DNA from: an uncultured Acidobacteriota bacterium
GTDB taxonomy: Bacteria > Acidobacteriota > Thermoanaerobaculia > Gp7-AA8
Direction of reading: 5' to 3'
Length of the DNA stretch: 64,000 bases
Assembly: GCA_963741955.1 (NCBI GenBank)
Contig: CAVUKB010000007.1
Span: 928,001 to 992,000 of the forward strand
Positions 1 through 10,253 of the stretch are shown piece by piece; positions within the stretch are counted from its first letter, which is position 1, and every line of letters begins with the position of its first letter. The translations under genes and the position numbers were made by a program. Under the pieces are notes generated by a model. The model was not told the DNA's origin. It searched no databases and saw only the letters and a program-made list of their open reading frames with translations.

Positions 1-228
1 CTCCGTCGTCGCCGCGGCATACGCCTGAACGTAGGAAGCGGCAGCTTCCGGCGCGGTCTGGTACCAGAGCACGCTGTTGAGCAGCGCCGCTGATGGATTC
101 GCCGGCGCCGCTGCCACCGGAACGGCAGCGGGAGTCGTGACCACGCCGGTGGTGCATCCGCACAGGACGGCGAGGGTGATGGCGACGATCATTGCGGGGC
201 GGGTGAGGACACCTGGTCTGGCAGTCAT
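1..228 (-). CDS. Class C acid phosphatase / 5'-nucleotidase e(P4)-like lipoprotein, N-terminal part (runs off window)
   Basis: Translated by hand: MTARPG...LAVLCGC (lipobox-like)...LLNSVLWYQTAPEAAASYVQAY, resembling the e(P4) N-terminal motif; RBS GAAGGAG upstream. Confidence 0.65.
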   Translation of the reverse strand, partial: MTARPGVLTRPAMIVAITLAVLCGCTTGVVTTPAAVPVAAAPANPSAALLNSVLWYQTAPEAAASYVQAYAAATTE

Positions 229-428
229 CGGCTCTCCTTCGGGATTCTCGACAGCGGGCAATTGATGCTCCGCGAATCCTACACAGTTTTCTTCCGAAAG
301 GGCGACAACTCCCGGCCGCCGCCCGGCCATTTCGAAATAGAATCGCCTCCGGCCCGGCTCTCTCACCCCGCCTCCGCAGCAGAGACGGTGTGAGAAGTCC
401 GGGAGAGCGTCGAAGGAGACCTCATCGA

Positions 429-3056
429 ATGTGTGGTGTGATCGGACTCACGACCGGGAAGTATCGAAAAGACCTCGGCATCCTTGCCGCGGAGCTCCTC
501 AAGACTCTCGAGTACCGCGGCTACGACTCGACCGGCGCAGCGGTGCAGGGTGAGGGTGAAGAGATCGTGCTTCGCAAAGGCGTCGGCGCTCCCTCGGTGA
601 TGGTCGACAAGCTCGGGATCGTCGCGCTCGGTGGATCGATCATGTGCGGACAGGTTCGCTGGGCGACGTTCGGTTCGGTCGACGAAGTGAACGCACAGCC
701 GCACGAGGTCCGTTGCAGAACCCACCTGTACGGCGCGCACAACGGCAACGTCACCAACTGCGATGACCTCAAGGCGTGGCTCCTCTCCGAAGGGCATCGG
801 GTCCTCTCCGACAACGATGGCGAGATGGTGGTCCATGCCGTCGAGCATTATTTCGCTCGTGAGCTCGAGAGGCGCGGCGTCACGACTGACGGCGTCGCGA
901 GGCGCGAAGCAATGCGCGCTGCGATCGTCGCGGCGAGCGCGAAGCTGAAGGGCTCGTACGCGGCGGTGATCGTCGACCCCGTCTCCCGCGTCCTCTGGGC
1001 CATCAAGGAGGGGTCAAGTCTTTACTTCGGATTCGGACACGACGAAAAGGACGGTGACTTCGCGATCGCCTCGTCGGATCTTTCGTCCGTGCTCAAGCTC
1101 ACGCGCGTGCTCGTTCCCCTCGCTGAGGGAGAGCTCATCGAGTACACCCCCGACTCGTGGCGGGTTCACACGATTCGTGCACGGGGCACTCTCGCCGCCG
1201 GAGCGGCGGTCGAGCGCCAGCCGTCGCGAAGCCGGTTGCAGGCGAAGGACGCCGCTCTTCTTCCTCAGTACGAATCGTTCATGGAACAGGAGATCGCCGC
1301 GCAGGAAGAGACCTGCCGCCGGATCGAGTCGCTCTTCAGCGGAGGATCGGAAGCGTCGCACGCGCTGACTCCCTACCTGCACGCGATCGGCGCTGACGAC
1401 CGCGCCGCGATCCAGAGGACGCTGCAGGAGCTCCGCGATGAATACGACGACAACCGGATCCGGGAGCGCTTCCATGCGCTGATGACGCTCCCGTCGTGGA
1501 AGCGCCTGGTGTCGGGCATTCCTGCCGCGGTCCGGGAAGCGGGGATCGACGCGACCATACCCGAGCTGAGCGAGCGCCTGGTGAGTCTCGAGTCGGGACT
1601 CCTCGCGGATCTGATGGCGATGGCGCGCGACCGCGACGAGCTATTCTCGGTTCGTCTCCTCGATGTGATGATCGAGCGGGAGGAGATGACGGAGTTCGAT
1701 TCGGCGGTGGAGTCGTTTCTGGATGCCTGCGAAGGGAGTCTTCATCGTGGCGGGAGAATCTTCGTCGTCTGCTGCGGCAGCTCGTACCATGCCGCGCTCG
1801 CGGGATCTGTGTTCTTCAACGAGCTCGCGCGCGCGGAGCTGATCCCGGTACTTCCAGGCGAGTTTCGCGGCCGTTTCGCGAGCTCTCTCCGGCGCGACGA
1901 CCTGGTCGTGGCGGTGAGCCAGAGCGGAGAGACGAAGGATCTGGTCGACGTGATGAATCTGGTCATCCGGAGCGGACTTCCCATCCGCCGCGTCGCGATC
2001 GTGAACAACGTCTCATCCACGCTCGGACAGGAGAAGTGCGACACTGTCCTTCCGCTTCGCTGCGGTCCCGAGATCGCCGTCCCCGCGACGAAGAGCTTCA
2101 TGAATCAGATGGCGATGTTCTATTCGCTGGCGATCGCTCTCGGACGTCGGCGCGTCGACAAGCTCGACCTCGCCTCTGCGGCACGAGAGGCTCTGCGCCA
2201 CGAGCTCGAGTCGCGATCGGAGCGGATCGGAGAGCTCTCGAACCTGGTTCGGGAGACGCTCGCCTGCACCGAACAGGACGTGGAAGCCGCAGCCAAGCTC
2301 CTCTTCCTCTCTCCGAGTATGCACATCCTCGCTACACGTCTCCTCGCGCTTGCGAAAGAAGGGGCGCTGAAGATCCGGGAGGTGGTGCTGAATCACACCG
2401 AGGGGTTCGAGGCCTCCGAGTTCAAGCACGGACCGAACACGATTCTCGGCGTGAACACGATCTTCGGGCTGGAGGGCGTGATCCGTCTGACCCGCGCCAT
2501 CGGGCGACGGACCGACGAAGCGCTGCGGCTCGCCGCCGCCGAAGGCCTGCCGTTGCAGTCGGGACGGAAGATCGTCGCTTCACTTTCGGATGCGGTGCTC
2601 GCTCCCGCGACCCCGTTCTCTCTCGATCCACGCGAGCGGGTGATCTTCGATCGGGTGAACGCCGGAAGCGACGGAATCTCCGAGCTCTATCAGGATTATC
2701 CTCTGATCTTCGTCACCGGCCCTGACGAGACGGATGTGAACCTCACGGTGTCGCAGGTGAACACGCACAAGATCCGCGGTGCGGCGTGCGTCATGATCGC
2801 CGAGGAGAATGCGGCGTTGCGGCAGGCGGTGACGAAGCCGCCGGCGGACAACCCCCGCTATCAGTCGGTCTGCATCACCCTTCCGCGGACTGGCGACAAC
2901 CTGATGGTGCTCTTCTCGGCGACGGTGGTGCTGCAGCGGCTCGCGTTGCGGATGTCGCTCCTCAAGCAGTCGTATCTCGAGAAGATCGGCTTCCGTGACC
3001 ACGGCGTGCACCCCGACGTGCCGAAGAATGTGAGCAAGTCGATCACGGTGGACTAG
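429..3056 (+). CDS. glmS: Glutamine-fructose-6-phosphate transaminase, long form (~875 aa)
   Basis: MCGV N-terminal Cys, LEYRGYDS, RWAT, HNG, SQSGET, GPEIAVPATK, FKHGP, PKNVSKSITVD C-terminus; RBS AAGGAG before 429. Confidence 0.9.
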   Translation: MCGVIGLTTGKYRKDLGILAAELLKTLEYRGYDSTGAAVQGEGEEIVLRKGVGAPSVMVDKLGIVALGGSIMCGQVRWATFGSVDEVNAQPHEVRCRTHLYGAHNGNVTNCDDLKAWLLSEGHRVLSDNDGEMVVHAVEHYFARELERRGVTTDGVARREAMRAAIVAASAKLKGSYAAVIVDPVSRVLWAIKEGSSLYFGFGHDEKDGDFAIASSDLSSVLKLTRVLVPLAEGELIEYTPDSWRVHTIRARGTLAAGAAVERQPSRSRLQAKDAALLPQYESFMEQEIAAQEETCRRIESLFSGGSEASHALTPYLHAIGADDRAAIQRTLQELRDEYDDNRIRERFHALMTLPSWKRLVSGIPAAVREAGIDATIPELSERLVSLESGLLADLMAMARDRDELFSVRLLDVMIEREEMTEFDSAVESFLDACEGSLHRGGRIFVVCCGSSYHAALAGSVFFNELARAELIPVLPGEFRGRFASSLRRDDLVVAVSQSGETKDLVDVMNLVIRSGLPIRRVAIVNNVSSTLGQEKCDTVLPLRCGPEIAVPATKSFMNQMAMFYSLAIALGRRRVDKLDLASAAREALRHELESRSERIGELSNLVRETLACTEQDVEAAAKLLFLSPSMHILATRLLALAKEGALKIREVVLNHTEGFEASEFKHGPNTILGVNTIFGLEGVIRLTRAIGRRTDEALRLAAAEGLPLQSGRKIVASLSDAVLAPATPFSLDPRERVIFDRVNAGSDGISELYQDYPLIFVTGPDETDVNLTVSQVNTHKIRGAACVMIAEENAALRQAVTKPPADNPRYQSVCITLPRTGDNLMVLFSATVVLQRLALRMSLLKQSYLEKIGFRDHGVHPDVPKNVSKSITVD

Positions 3057-3300
3057 CCCTGGACTAGCCCGCATTTCTCACGCTGTGTTTGCCATGGGGG
3101 TGCGGATCATCCGATCCGCCTCGACGATCGTGTTGAGCTCGATGAAGGCAGCGGCTGCGGCTGGACGCGGAGCGTTCGTGGCGTATTGGGAGACCGGCTT
3201 CGCTTCTGCCGAAGACGAGGTTGATGTTGCGGTCGCGTGCGTGCCGTGATCCGTGCGGCGGATCAGAGGATCCGCACCCCTCGGGGTGTATTCCACATCT

Positions 3301-4293
3301 CTACGTCTCCCACCGCCGGAAGAAGAGCGCCTCCTTCTTCACCGGCTCGGCCTTCGCGGTGAGGGCCGCCAGCTGCGGCTGCGATAGAGGAGTGAACCCT
3401 TTCGCGATCCGGACGTTCTCCTCCAGCTGGGCGATGCTGTCGCATCCGATGATCACCGTCGACACCGGGAGGGAGAGGGTGTAGCGCATCGCTTCCGGCA
3501 TGGAGAGCGCGCCGAGAATCCGGCCGCGGGCAGGGATCTTCATCCCGATGATCCCCATCTCCTTTTCTACCGCGAGAGGGAGGAGCTCTTCCTGGAAGCT
3601 GAGGTGATGAGGGTCGGCGGCATTCACCGCCATCAGCACCGTGTCGAACGGGAAGCGCCGGATTGCGGAGAGGAGGACGCCGGGATCCGCGTGGCCGGTC
3701 ACTCCGATGAAGCGGACGATCTTCTGCTCCCGCGCTTCGATCAGTGCCTTCACCGCCCCGTCGGGCGCGAAGATCCGATCGATCTCCTCGGGGCGGGAGA
3801 GATTGTGGATCTGCCAGAGATCGATGTGGTCGGTCTGGAGGAGCTGGAGCGACTTCTCGAGAAGCCGCAGTGAACCCTCGCGCGTGCGGTCGTGGGTCTT
3901 CGTGGCGAGGAAGGCCTCGTTGCGGCGGTGCTTCATCACCCGCCCGACGTACTGTTCGCTCCATCGCTTCTCGCCGCCGTAGCGGGCGGAGGTGTCGACG
4001 TAGTTCACACCGAGGTCGAGCGCGCGCTCGACGATGGGGACGGCCACGTCGAAATTGTCGGGCTTCTCGACCGAGGCCTGGCCGCCGAGTGAGAAGATGC
4101 CGACACGGTAGCCGGTGCGCCCGAGATTGCGGGTCGGCATCGCGCCGGAAGTGATGTGGTTGTCGGGGAGTGGCGGCAGGGCCTTCGGTTCACCCGCCAC
4201 CAGATCGCGGGCGAGGAAGCCGACGGTGGCGGCTGCGCCGAGCTTGAGGACGTCACGCCGTTCAATCCGGAACTTCTCGTCGGAGTCGTTCAT
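3301..4293 (-). CDS. Aldo/keto reductase with Tat-like signal
   Basis: RRDVLK twin-arginine, MPTRNLGRTG, GVNYVDTS.RY, LATKT, DHIDLWQIH. Confidence 0.9.
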   Translation of the reverse strand: MNDSDEKFRIERRDVLKLGAAATVGFLARDLVAGEPKALPPLPDNHITSGAMPTRNLGRTGYRVGIFSLGGQASVEKPDNFDVAVPIVERALDLGVNYVDTSARYGGEKRWSEQYVGRVMKHRRNEAFLATKTHDRTREGSLRLLEKSLQLLQTDHIDLWQIHNLSRPEEIDRIFAPDGAVKALIEAREQKIVRFIGVTGHADPGVLLSAIRRFPFDTVLMAVNAADPHHLSFQEELLPLAVEKEMGIIGMKIPARGRILGALSMPEAMRYTLSLPVSTVIIGCDSIAQLEENVRIAKGFTPLSQPQLAALTAKAEPVKKEALFFRRWET

Positions 4294-4505
4294 CAGGTCG
4301 CTCCTTCCATGAGCAAGGTAGGGCCGGAGAGGAAGGAGGCGCAAGGGTGAGCGTGAAGAGCGAACGTCCCGTCGCACTCCGGAGGCGTGCGAATCGAACC
4401 GCGATTGACGATCGGCCACGATCCGAACGCCGACCGCGGCGTGCGGCGCCTCCGGGCTGCGTGTACAATTTCTCGACCGAATCGCCGTTCGCTCTGGAGG
4501 TACGA

Positions 4506-5381
4506 ATGAAGCGCATCGCCACATTCATCGCCATCGCTGTTCTCGCTCCGACTCTCGCTCTCGCGCAGACCGACTGGTCGAAAGTCGAGGTGAAGGCGAC
4601 GAAGCTCGCCGGAAACGTGTGGATGCTCCGGGGCGCGGGGGGAAACATCGGCGTCTCCGCCGGGCCGGACGGCGTGCTGATCGTCGACGACCAGTTCGCG
4701 CCGCTCGCGGAGAAGATCCATGCGGCGCTGAAGGAGATCAATCCCGGCAAGCTGAAGTTCGTCCTGAACACGCACTTCCACGGTGACCACACCGGAGGGA
4801 ACGTGGTCTTCGGCCTGGAAGCGCCGGTCATCGCGCAGACGAACGTCCGAAAGCGTCTCGAGGTGCCGGAGGACGTGCACGGAATGCACTTCGACGCGCT
4901 TCCGGAGAACGCGCTTCCGGTGGTCACGTTCGACCGCTCACTCTCGATCCACTTCAACGGAGAAGAGATCGAGGTGATTCATTACCCGCACGGCCACACC
5001 GACGGCGACAGCGTGATCTTCTTCACCGGATCGAACGTGATCCACATGGGGGACGACTTCTGGAACGGGATGTTCCCGTTCGTCGATCTCGAGAACGGCG
5101 GGAACGTCGACGGGATGATCCATGCAGTGGACTCCGCGCTGGAGAAGGCCTCGCCGGGAGCGAAGATCATCCCCGGTCACGGGCCGCTCGGAAGCATCGC
5201 CGATCTCGAGGCATTCCGCAGCATGCTCGTGGAGACGACTCGCATTGTCCGTGGAGAGATGGCCGAGGGGAAGACTCTCGACGAGATGAAGAAGGCCGGG
5301 CTCCCGGAACAATTTCAGAAGTGGAGTACGAAGTTCATCGACACCTCTGCCTGGATCGAAACAATCTATAAAAGAAAGTGA
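4506..5381 (+). CDS. Secreted MBL-fold metallo-hydrolase (cyclase-like)
   Basis: Signal peptide, THFHGDHTGGN, GHTDGD, IIPGHG; RBS GGAGG. Confidence 0.9.
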   Translation: MKRIATFIAIAVLAPTLALAQTDWSKVEVKATKLAGNVWMLRGAGGNIGVSAGPDGVLIVDDQFAPLAEKIHAALKEINPGKLKFVLNTHFHGDHTGGNVVFGLEAPVIAQTNVRKRLEVPEDVHGMHFDALPENALPVVTFDRSLSIHFNGEEIEVIHYPHGHTDGDSVIFFTGSNVIHMGDDFWNGMFPFVDLENGGNVDGMIHAVDSALEKASPGAKIIPGHGPLGSIADLEAFRSMLVETTRIVRGEMAEGKTLDEMKKAGLPEQFQKWSTKFIDTSAWIETIYKRK

Positions 5382-5489
5382 CATCTATTATCTATTATCT
5401 ATTATCTAAGATCTATTATCATCGTATATTACATTCATTAAATAGATATCAGATAATAGATAATAGATGATCGATGATCGATGTCACTT
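5376..5489. repeat. AT-rich imperfect inverted repeat built of TCTATTA/TAATAGA heptamers
   Basis: AAGTGACATC...GATGTCACTT ends; ATCTATT tandem units mirrored by AATAGAT units. Confidence 0.8.
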
Positions 5490-6112
5490 GCTTCTTCGTC
5501 TGCACTCCGGATCTCTGCACGATCCGCGAGCGCGTCGCCGCAGAATGAGGTGAATCGCGGGGACGCGCAGGAAGCGCAGCGCGTCCAACCGGTCGCTCAT
5601 CCCGAGGTTCATCGCCGCGGCGAGAAGGACCGTCCTCACTCCGGATCGCGTCTTCGGAAGCATCAGAATCGTCAACCTCGCGGTTCGGCCGACGATTCCG
5701 CAGGCAGCTTCCCCGTGAGGGGGGTGCAGATCCTCCGATCTGCCGCGCGAATCGCGTTCGAGCGCAATGAGAGGGCGCCGTCGGCAGAGGCGAAGCCGCG
5801 CTCGCGTGGATCGCGAGTCCCACCGACGCTCCGCGGAGCGCCACAGTCTCCGTCTTCGTCGGTTTCGACCCGATGATCGCGCCGGATCAGAGGATCCGCA
5901 CCCCTCGGAGATCAGGGCTGATCCCCTCTCCTGGAAAATCGGCGTCACTGAGAGTGTGAAGACCGCAAGTCCTCCCGTCGGATTCCCCTACACCCTCGTC
6001 GGGAATGGCCACATAGCCTTTGCCGCCCCCGCTCTCTAATAAGTAAACAGAAATTCACATAAACGACTGCAGCGGCTGGGTATACGCATCGCCACCTTGT
6101 ACCCGTCGAAAG

Positions 6113-6127
6113 CGGCACGACTCTTGA
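6113..6127 (+). promoter_or_regulatory. Putative sigma54 -24/-12 promoter of the Qrc-like operon
   Basis: CGGCAC-N5-TTGA versus consensus TGGCAC-N5-TTGC, about 90 bp upstream of the first gene; a sigma54 activator is encoded nearby. Confidence 0.5.
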
Positions 6128-6215
6128 CCTTTCCGTCAGTGAACGCGAGCTCCCGGACCGCCCGGGAGCGAGGCGCGAGGCCGGATCGCCCGGCCGGAAA
6201 TTCAGGAGGTGTAAC

Positions 6216-6458
6216 GTGTTCGGTATCGACCTGATGGACCCTGAAACGATGTGGCTGAACATCACCAACGTCGTCCTCGGTGTCGTGACCTTCCTTTGTG
6301 TCGGTGCGGTCCTCTGGGGGATCGGAGCCGAGGTCCTCGCGCGACTCGCCCACCGGGCGGCAGTGTCCCGCCCCCTCGACGACCACGCGTTCGCAGTCCC
6401 CGGACTCGGTCTGACCATGGCCGACGGCGGAAAGAAAGAACACCAGCCGAAGAAGTAA
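6216..6458 (+). CDS. Small single-TM membrane protein with C-terminal GLTMADGG motif
   Basis: RBS AGGAGG, one hydrophobic helix, first gene of the operon. Confidence 0.75.
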   Translation: MFGIDLMDPETMWLNITNVVLGVVTFLCVGAVLWGIGAEVLARLAHRAAVSRPLDDHAFAVPGLGLTMADGGKKEHQPKK

Positions 6459-6500
6459 CACCATTTCTCACCGGACGCCGTTCGGCGACTGGAGGGGACC

Positions 6501-7526
6501 ATGCAATGCCCGTTTCTGAGGGAATCCCGAGGCAGGTACTGCGACGCGTCGAAGTACCGCAAGCTCATTCTCGACGCAGGGAGCGACGTCACCTCCGAGC
6601 GCTGCTCTTCGCCGGAGTGGGTCCTCTGTTCCGCCGCCCGATCGCAGCCTGGCGCATCCCGCATGCAGTGCCCGTTTCTGAGGGAGCGGAACGTGGAGTA
6701 CTGCGCAGCGGCGGCGGTCCCCAAATACGTACCGGCGAGCAATGCACTCATGTCGCGATGTAAGTCGGACGGTCATCTTTACTGCGAGCTCTATCTCTCC
6801 TTTGCGGATCCCGAGGGGCGGCGGCAGCCGGATCGTGGCGCGCCGCTCCCGGATGACGGAGGCCGGGTTCCCGTGCCGGCCTCTCCCTCCGACTCGCGCG
6901 ATCCGAAATGTGCGCCGCATCCCGGATCCCTCGGACCACCACTGGTCGACGGGATGCCGGTTCCGACGAACCTCGCCTACGCGCCGAACCACATGTGGCT
7001 CTGCATCGCCGAGGACGGCCAGTGCCACGTCGGAATCGACGCGCTTCTGGCGCGCGTGGTCGACTCGGTCGAGAAGATCGACTATCTCCTCACCCGAACC
7101 ACCGGCCGTCCCGTGGCGATACTGACGGTCCGGGGAGTCGACCTGCAGCTGGTCTTCCCGAACCCTCTCGCTTCGGTTTCCGCGAACCTTCACCTCCGTA
7201 CCGTTCCGGAGAGGCTGACCGCCGACCCTTACGGTGCGGGGTGGCTGTTCGAAGGAGAGCAGCCGCAGACGCCGTCTCCACATTCGTTCTCCGGTGAGGG
7301 ATTGATTCCCGGCGCTCTCGCCCCCGAGTGGATCCGCGACGAGTCGGAGCGCCTCTCACACTACGCGCACGACCTCGTCGCGACGCGCGACGAAAGCGGA
7401 GCGACGCTTCTCGCCGACGGCGGGAGAATCGTCGGTCCGCTCGCTCCCGTGCTCGACCGCGAACAGCTCGTGGCGCTCTTCACTGAATTCTTTTCATCCC
7501 CGACGGGATGGCGGAGGACGTGGTGA
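6501..7526 (+). CDS. GcvH-like (H-protein fold) protein with duplicated N-terminal Cys-rich domain, lacking the lipoyl-Lys
   Basis: Two MQCPFLRE...YC repeats; YAPNHMWL, VGID, DPYGAGWLF H-protein motifs. Confidence 0.75.
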   Translation: MQCPFLRESRGRYCDASKYRKLILDAGSDVTSERCSSPEWVLCSAARSQPGASRMQCPFLRERNVEYCAAAAVPKYVPASNALMSRCKSDGHLYCELYLSFADPEGRRQPDRGAPLPDDGGRVPVPASPSDSRDPKCAPHPGSLGPPLVDGMPVPTNLAYAPNHMWLCIAEDGQCHVGIDALLARVVDSVEKIDYLLTRTTGRPVAILTVRGVDLQLVFPNPLASVSANLHLRTVPERLTADPYGAGWLFEGEQPQTPSPHSFSGEGLIPGALAPEWIRDESERLSHYAHDLVATRDESGATLLADGGRIVGPLAPVLDREQLVALFTEFFSSPTGWRRTW

Positions 7527-8110
7527 CCATTCGATCTCTGATCACGTTCGGGTCCGGCCTGCTGGCTGCGCTCGCATTCGGCTGGATCGCATTTCCGCAA
7601 CTTCTTTACCGAACTGCGGAGCAGCCGGTTCAGTTCAATCACGCGATCCACACCGGCGAGACCGGTGGCCTCGCGTGCGAGGATTGCCACTCGCTCGGAG
7701 AGGACGGCAACTTCTCCGGCCTTCCAACGCTCGAACAGTGTGCCGGCTGCCATTCCTCGGCTCTCGGTGAGACCGCGGAGGAGAAACGCTTCATCGAGAA
7801 GTACGTCACACCGGGACGCGAAGTGCCGTGGCTCGTCTACTCGAGGCAACCCGAAAACGTCTACTTTTCCCATGCAGCGCATCTGAAGCTCGCGAAGCTC
7901 GAGTGCCGGCAATGCCACGGCGCGCAAGGCACGAGCACGCGGCTGCGGCCTTTCGCGGTCGACCGGATCAGTACCTACAGCCGCGACATCGACGGTCCGG
8001 GCATCCTCCTCGCCCGTGACGTCGCGGCTCCCGGGATGAAGATGCACGACTGCGCACGCTGCCATCGCGAACGGGGAGTTCGCGAGGGCTGCCTCACCTG
8101 TCACAAGTGA
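7523..8110 (+). CDS. qrcA: Membrane-anchored pentaheme cytochrome c (QrcA-like)
   Basis: N-terminal TM, QPVQFNH, five CxxCH motifs, QPENVYFSH; GTGA overlap with the upstream gene. Confidence 0.8.
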   Translation: MTIRSLITFGSGLLAALAFGWIAFPQLLYRTAEQPVQFNHAIHTGETGGLACEDCHSLGEDGNFSGLPTLEQCAGCHSSALGETAEEKRFIEKYVTPGREVPWLVYSRQPENVYFSHAAHLKLAKLECRQCHGAQGTSTRLRPFAVDRISTYSRDIDGPGILLARDVAAPGMKMHDCARCHRERGVREGCLTCHK

Positions 8111-8123
8111 ATGGGGTGAATCC

Positions 8124-10253
8124 ATGAAATTCGACCTGACTCGGCGAGACGTACTCCGATTCGCCGGAGGTGCGGTGGCCGGAACGGCCATCTCTCCCGC
8201 CCCCTGGAAGGCGATCGACGACCTCGCGATCTGGACTCAGAACTGGAGCTGGATGCCTCGACCTCCTGAGGGACCTCGAAGCACCAGACCGGTGAGCTGC
8301 GCGCTCTGCCCGGCCGGTTGTGCGGCACAGGCCCGCTGCGTCGGCGGTTTTCCGGTGAGCCTTCATCCTGCAAGCGCCGGCGCTGCGCCACTCTGCCCGC
8401 TGGGACAGACCGCCCATCACCTTCGATTTCATCCGGCTCGACTCTCCCGCCCCACTCGTCTGGTCCGCTACCCCGAGGGGCTCAGGCGCATCCCGGTGCA
8501 GCTCGATGCAGTGCTCGCCTCCGCAGCGGCGGGGACGCGCGCTCGCGGAGGGATGGCCGTACTCGATCTTCGTCCTGAACGAAGCGTCTCGTGGGCGTGG
8601 CGCGTCGTTCTCGCTCGCGTCCCCGGCGGCGGCACGTACATTCCGTCGCCGGGGCGTGACGGGGTCAGCCTCGGTATGGCTCTTGGAACCAATTCCGGAG
8701 ACCTGACCCCACTCGCGCTCGACCTCGAGCATTCCCGAACGATCCTCAGCTTCGGTGCACCGCTGCTGGAAGGGGCGAGTGCTCCGCAACTGCTCGCTCT
8801 CAGAAATGGTGCAGAGCCGCCCCGCATCATTCAGGTCGAACCTCACCGTTCGGCCACCGCACAGATGGCGGAACGCTGGCTCGCGCTCCGCCCCGGAACC
8901 GAGCGCATTCTCGCCCTCGGCCTGGGCCGTCAGCTGATCGCGGCCGGTGCCGTCACTCCGGCAGCCATGGCACGGCCTGACTTCAGCGAGTACGCAGAGA
9001 TCGTGGCAGGCTTCACTCCGGCCCGGGTCGCCGCGCTCACCGGACTCGATCCGAATGACGTCGTCGCGACCGCCCGCGAGCTCGCGACGGCCGGCACGGC
9101 TGCGCTCGTGCTTCCCGGTGAAGATCCGGCGGGTGGCCGATTCGGCGCGACGACCGAGGCCGCGATCCTGGCGCTCGACATCATCCTCGGGACTGCGGGT
9201 CCCGACGGAAGCATCGTGGTTCGAAACGAGCTCCCGGCGCCGGTGGAAGGAGCCGAGCTCGCGCCCGTTCGGGAGCTCGATCGCATTCCGGATCGATCGC
9301 TCGGACTTCTCATCGTCGACGCGTCGGCAGGCGATGCTCCCATCCCCTGGCCCGCGATCGAGCGCAAACTCCTTCGCGGGGCCCGAGTCATCGCATTGAG
9401 TCCGTTCCTCGCCGGTTCGTCCGCGCGCGCCGACTACGTCGTCCCGACCCCCACGTTCCTCGAGAGCGTGGCGGAGGTTCCCGGACCGTACCAGTCGCCT
9501 CGCCCGGAGCTCGCGATCTCTCCCGCGATCGCCGAGCCGGTCCATGGAACGACCGACCCGGCCGCGTTCATCCGCGCCTTTGCCACTGCGAGCGGAATCC
9601 CGCTCGACGGGGAGTGGAGACGGACCGAAGATCTGATCCGGTTGCGTGCCGATCGGATCCAGCGGAGCGGTGAGGGTCGGGTCTCCAGTCCATTCGATGG
9701 GTCTGAGACCGCGGTCCGCGATCTCGGCTCCGACGTGATGTTCGATGCCCTGGTGGCCGGGGCCCGGTGGCGAGGGGAGAAGGGGGCCCTCCCGGCGCCT
9801 CCATCCCTCCTCGGTGGAGAGGGCCCGGCTCTTCGCGCGATTCTGGCGGACGAGCAGATCGAGTCGATGCGGGAGCCGCAGTTCGATCTCACCGTCGTAC
9901 CGCGTGCCTCGCGGGACGTCGCATCCACCGCGGTGGTCTCGCCGCTGATGACGAAACTCTATCGCGAATCGGGACTCCGCCGCATTCCGGGCACCGCCGC
10001 GATCCATCCTGCGACCGCAAAGAACCTCGGGATGAGAAGCGGACGGATGGCGCGGATCGAGACGGCGTCGGGATCGGCTCGGGTACGGATTCTGATCGAC
10101 CGGGCGGTGCTCCCCGGCGTGGTGGAGCTGGAAGTCGCTCCCGATGCTCCGGCACTCGGCGACGGTCCCGCTCGCGGAACGTCGCTTCTGGATCTCTGCG
10201 TCGACGGATCGCTCGGATGGCGTCGTGCGGCGGCACGACTGGTGGAGGGATAA
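8124..10253 (+). CDS. qrcB: Molybdopterin-oxidoreductase-fold subunit (QrcB-like)
   Basis: Tat TRRDVLRF, AIWTQNWSW, CALCPAGC...CPLG, C-terminal molydop-binding-like IHPATA..LG. Confidence 0.75.
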   Translation: MKFDLTRRDVLRFAGGAVAGTAISPAPWKAIDDLAIWTQNWSWMPRPPEGPRSTRPVSCALCPAGCAAQARCVGGFPVSLHPASAGAAPLCPLGQTAHHLRFHPARLSRPTRLVRYPEGLRRIPVQLDAVLASAAAGTRARGGMAVLDLRPERSVSWAWRVVLARVPGGGTYIPSPGRDGVSLGMALGTNSGDLTPLALDLEHSRTILSFGAPLLEGASAPQLLALRNGAEPPRIIQVEPHRSATAQMAERWLALRPGTERILALGLGRQLIAAGAVTPAAMARPDFSEYAEIVAGFTPARVAALTGLDPNDVVATARELATAGTAALVLPGEDPAGGRFGATTEAAILALDIILGTAGPDGSIVVRNELPAPVEGAELAPVRELDRIPDRSLGLLIVDASAGDAPIPWPAIERKLLRGARVIALSPFLAGSSARADYVVPTPTFLESVAEVPGPYQSPRPELAISPAIAEPVHGTTDPAAFIRAFATASGIPLDGEWRRTEDLIRLRADRIQRSGEGRVSSPFDGSETAVRDLGSDVMFDALVAGARWRGEKGALPAPPSLLGGEGPALRAILADEQIESMREPQFDLTVVPRASRDVASTAVVSPLMTKLYRESGLRRIPGTAAIHPATAKNLGMRSGRMARIETASGSARVRILIDRAVLPGVVELEVAPDAPALGDGPARGTSLLDLCVDGSLGWRRAAARLVEG

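Noticed and set aside
229-428. glmS ribozyme
   Set aside because: No recognisable conserved core in the short divergent intergenic region.
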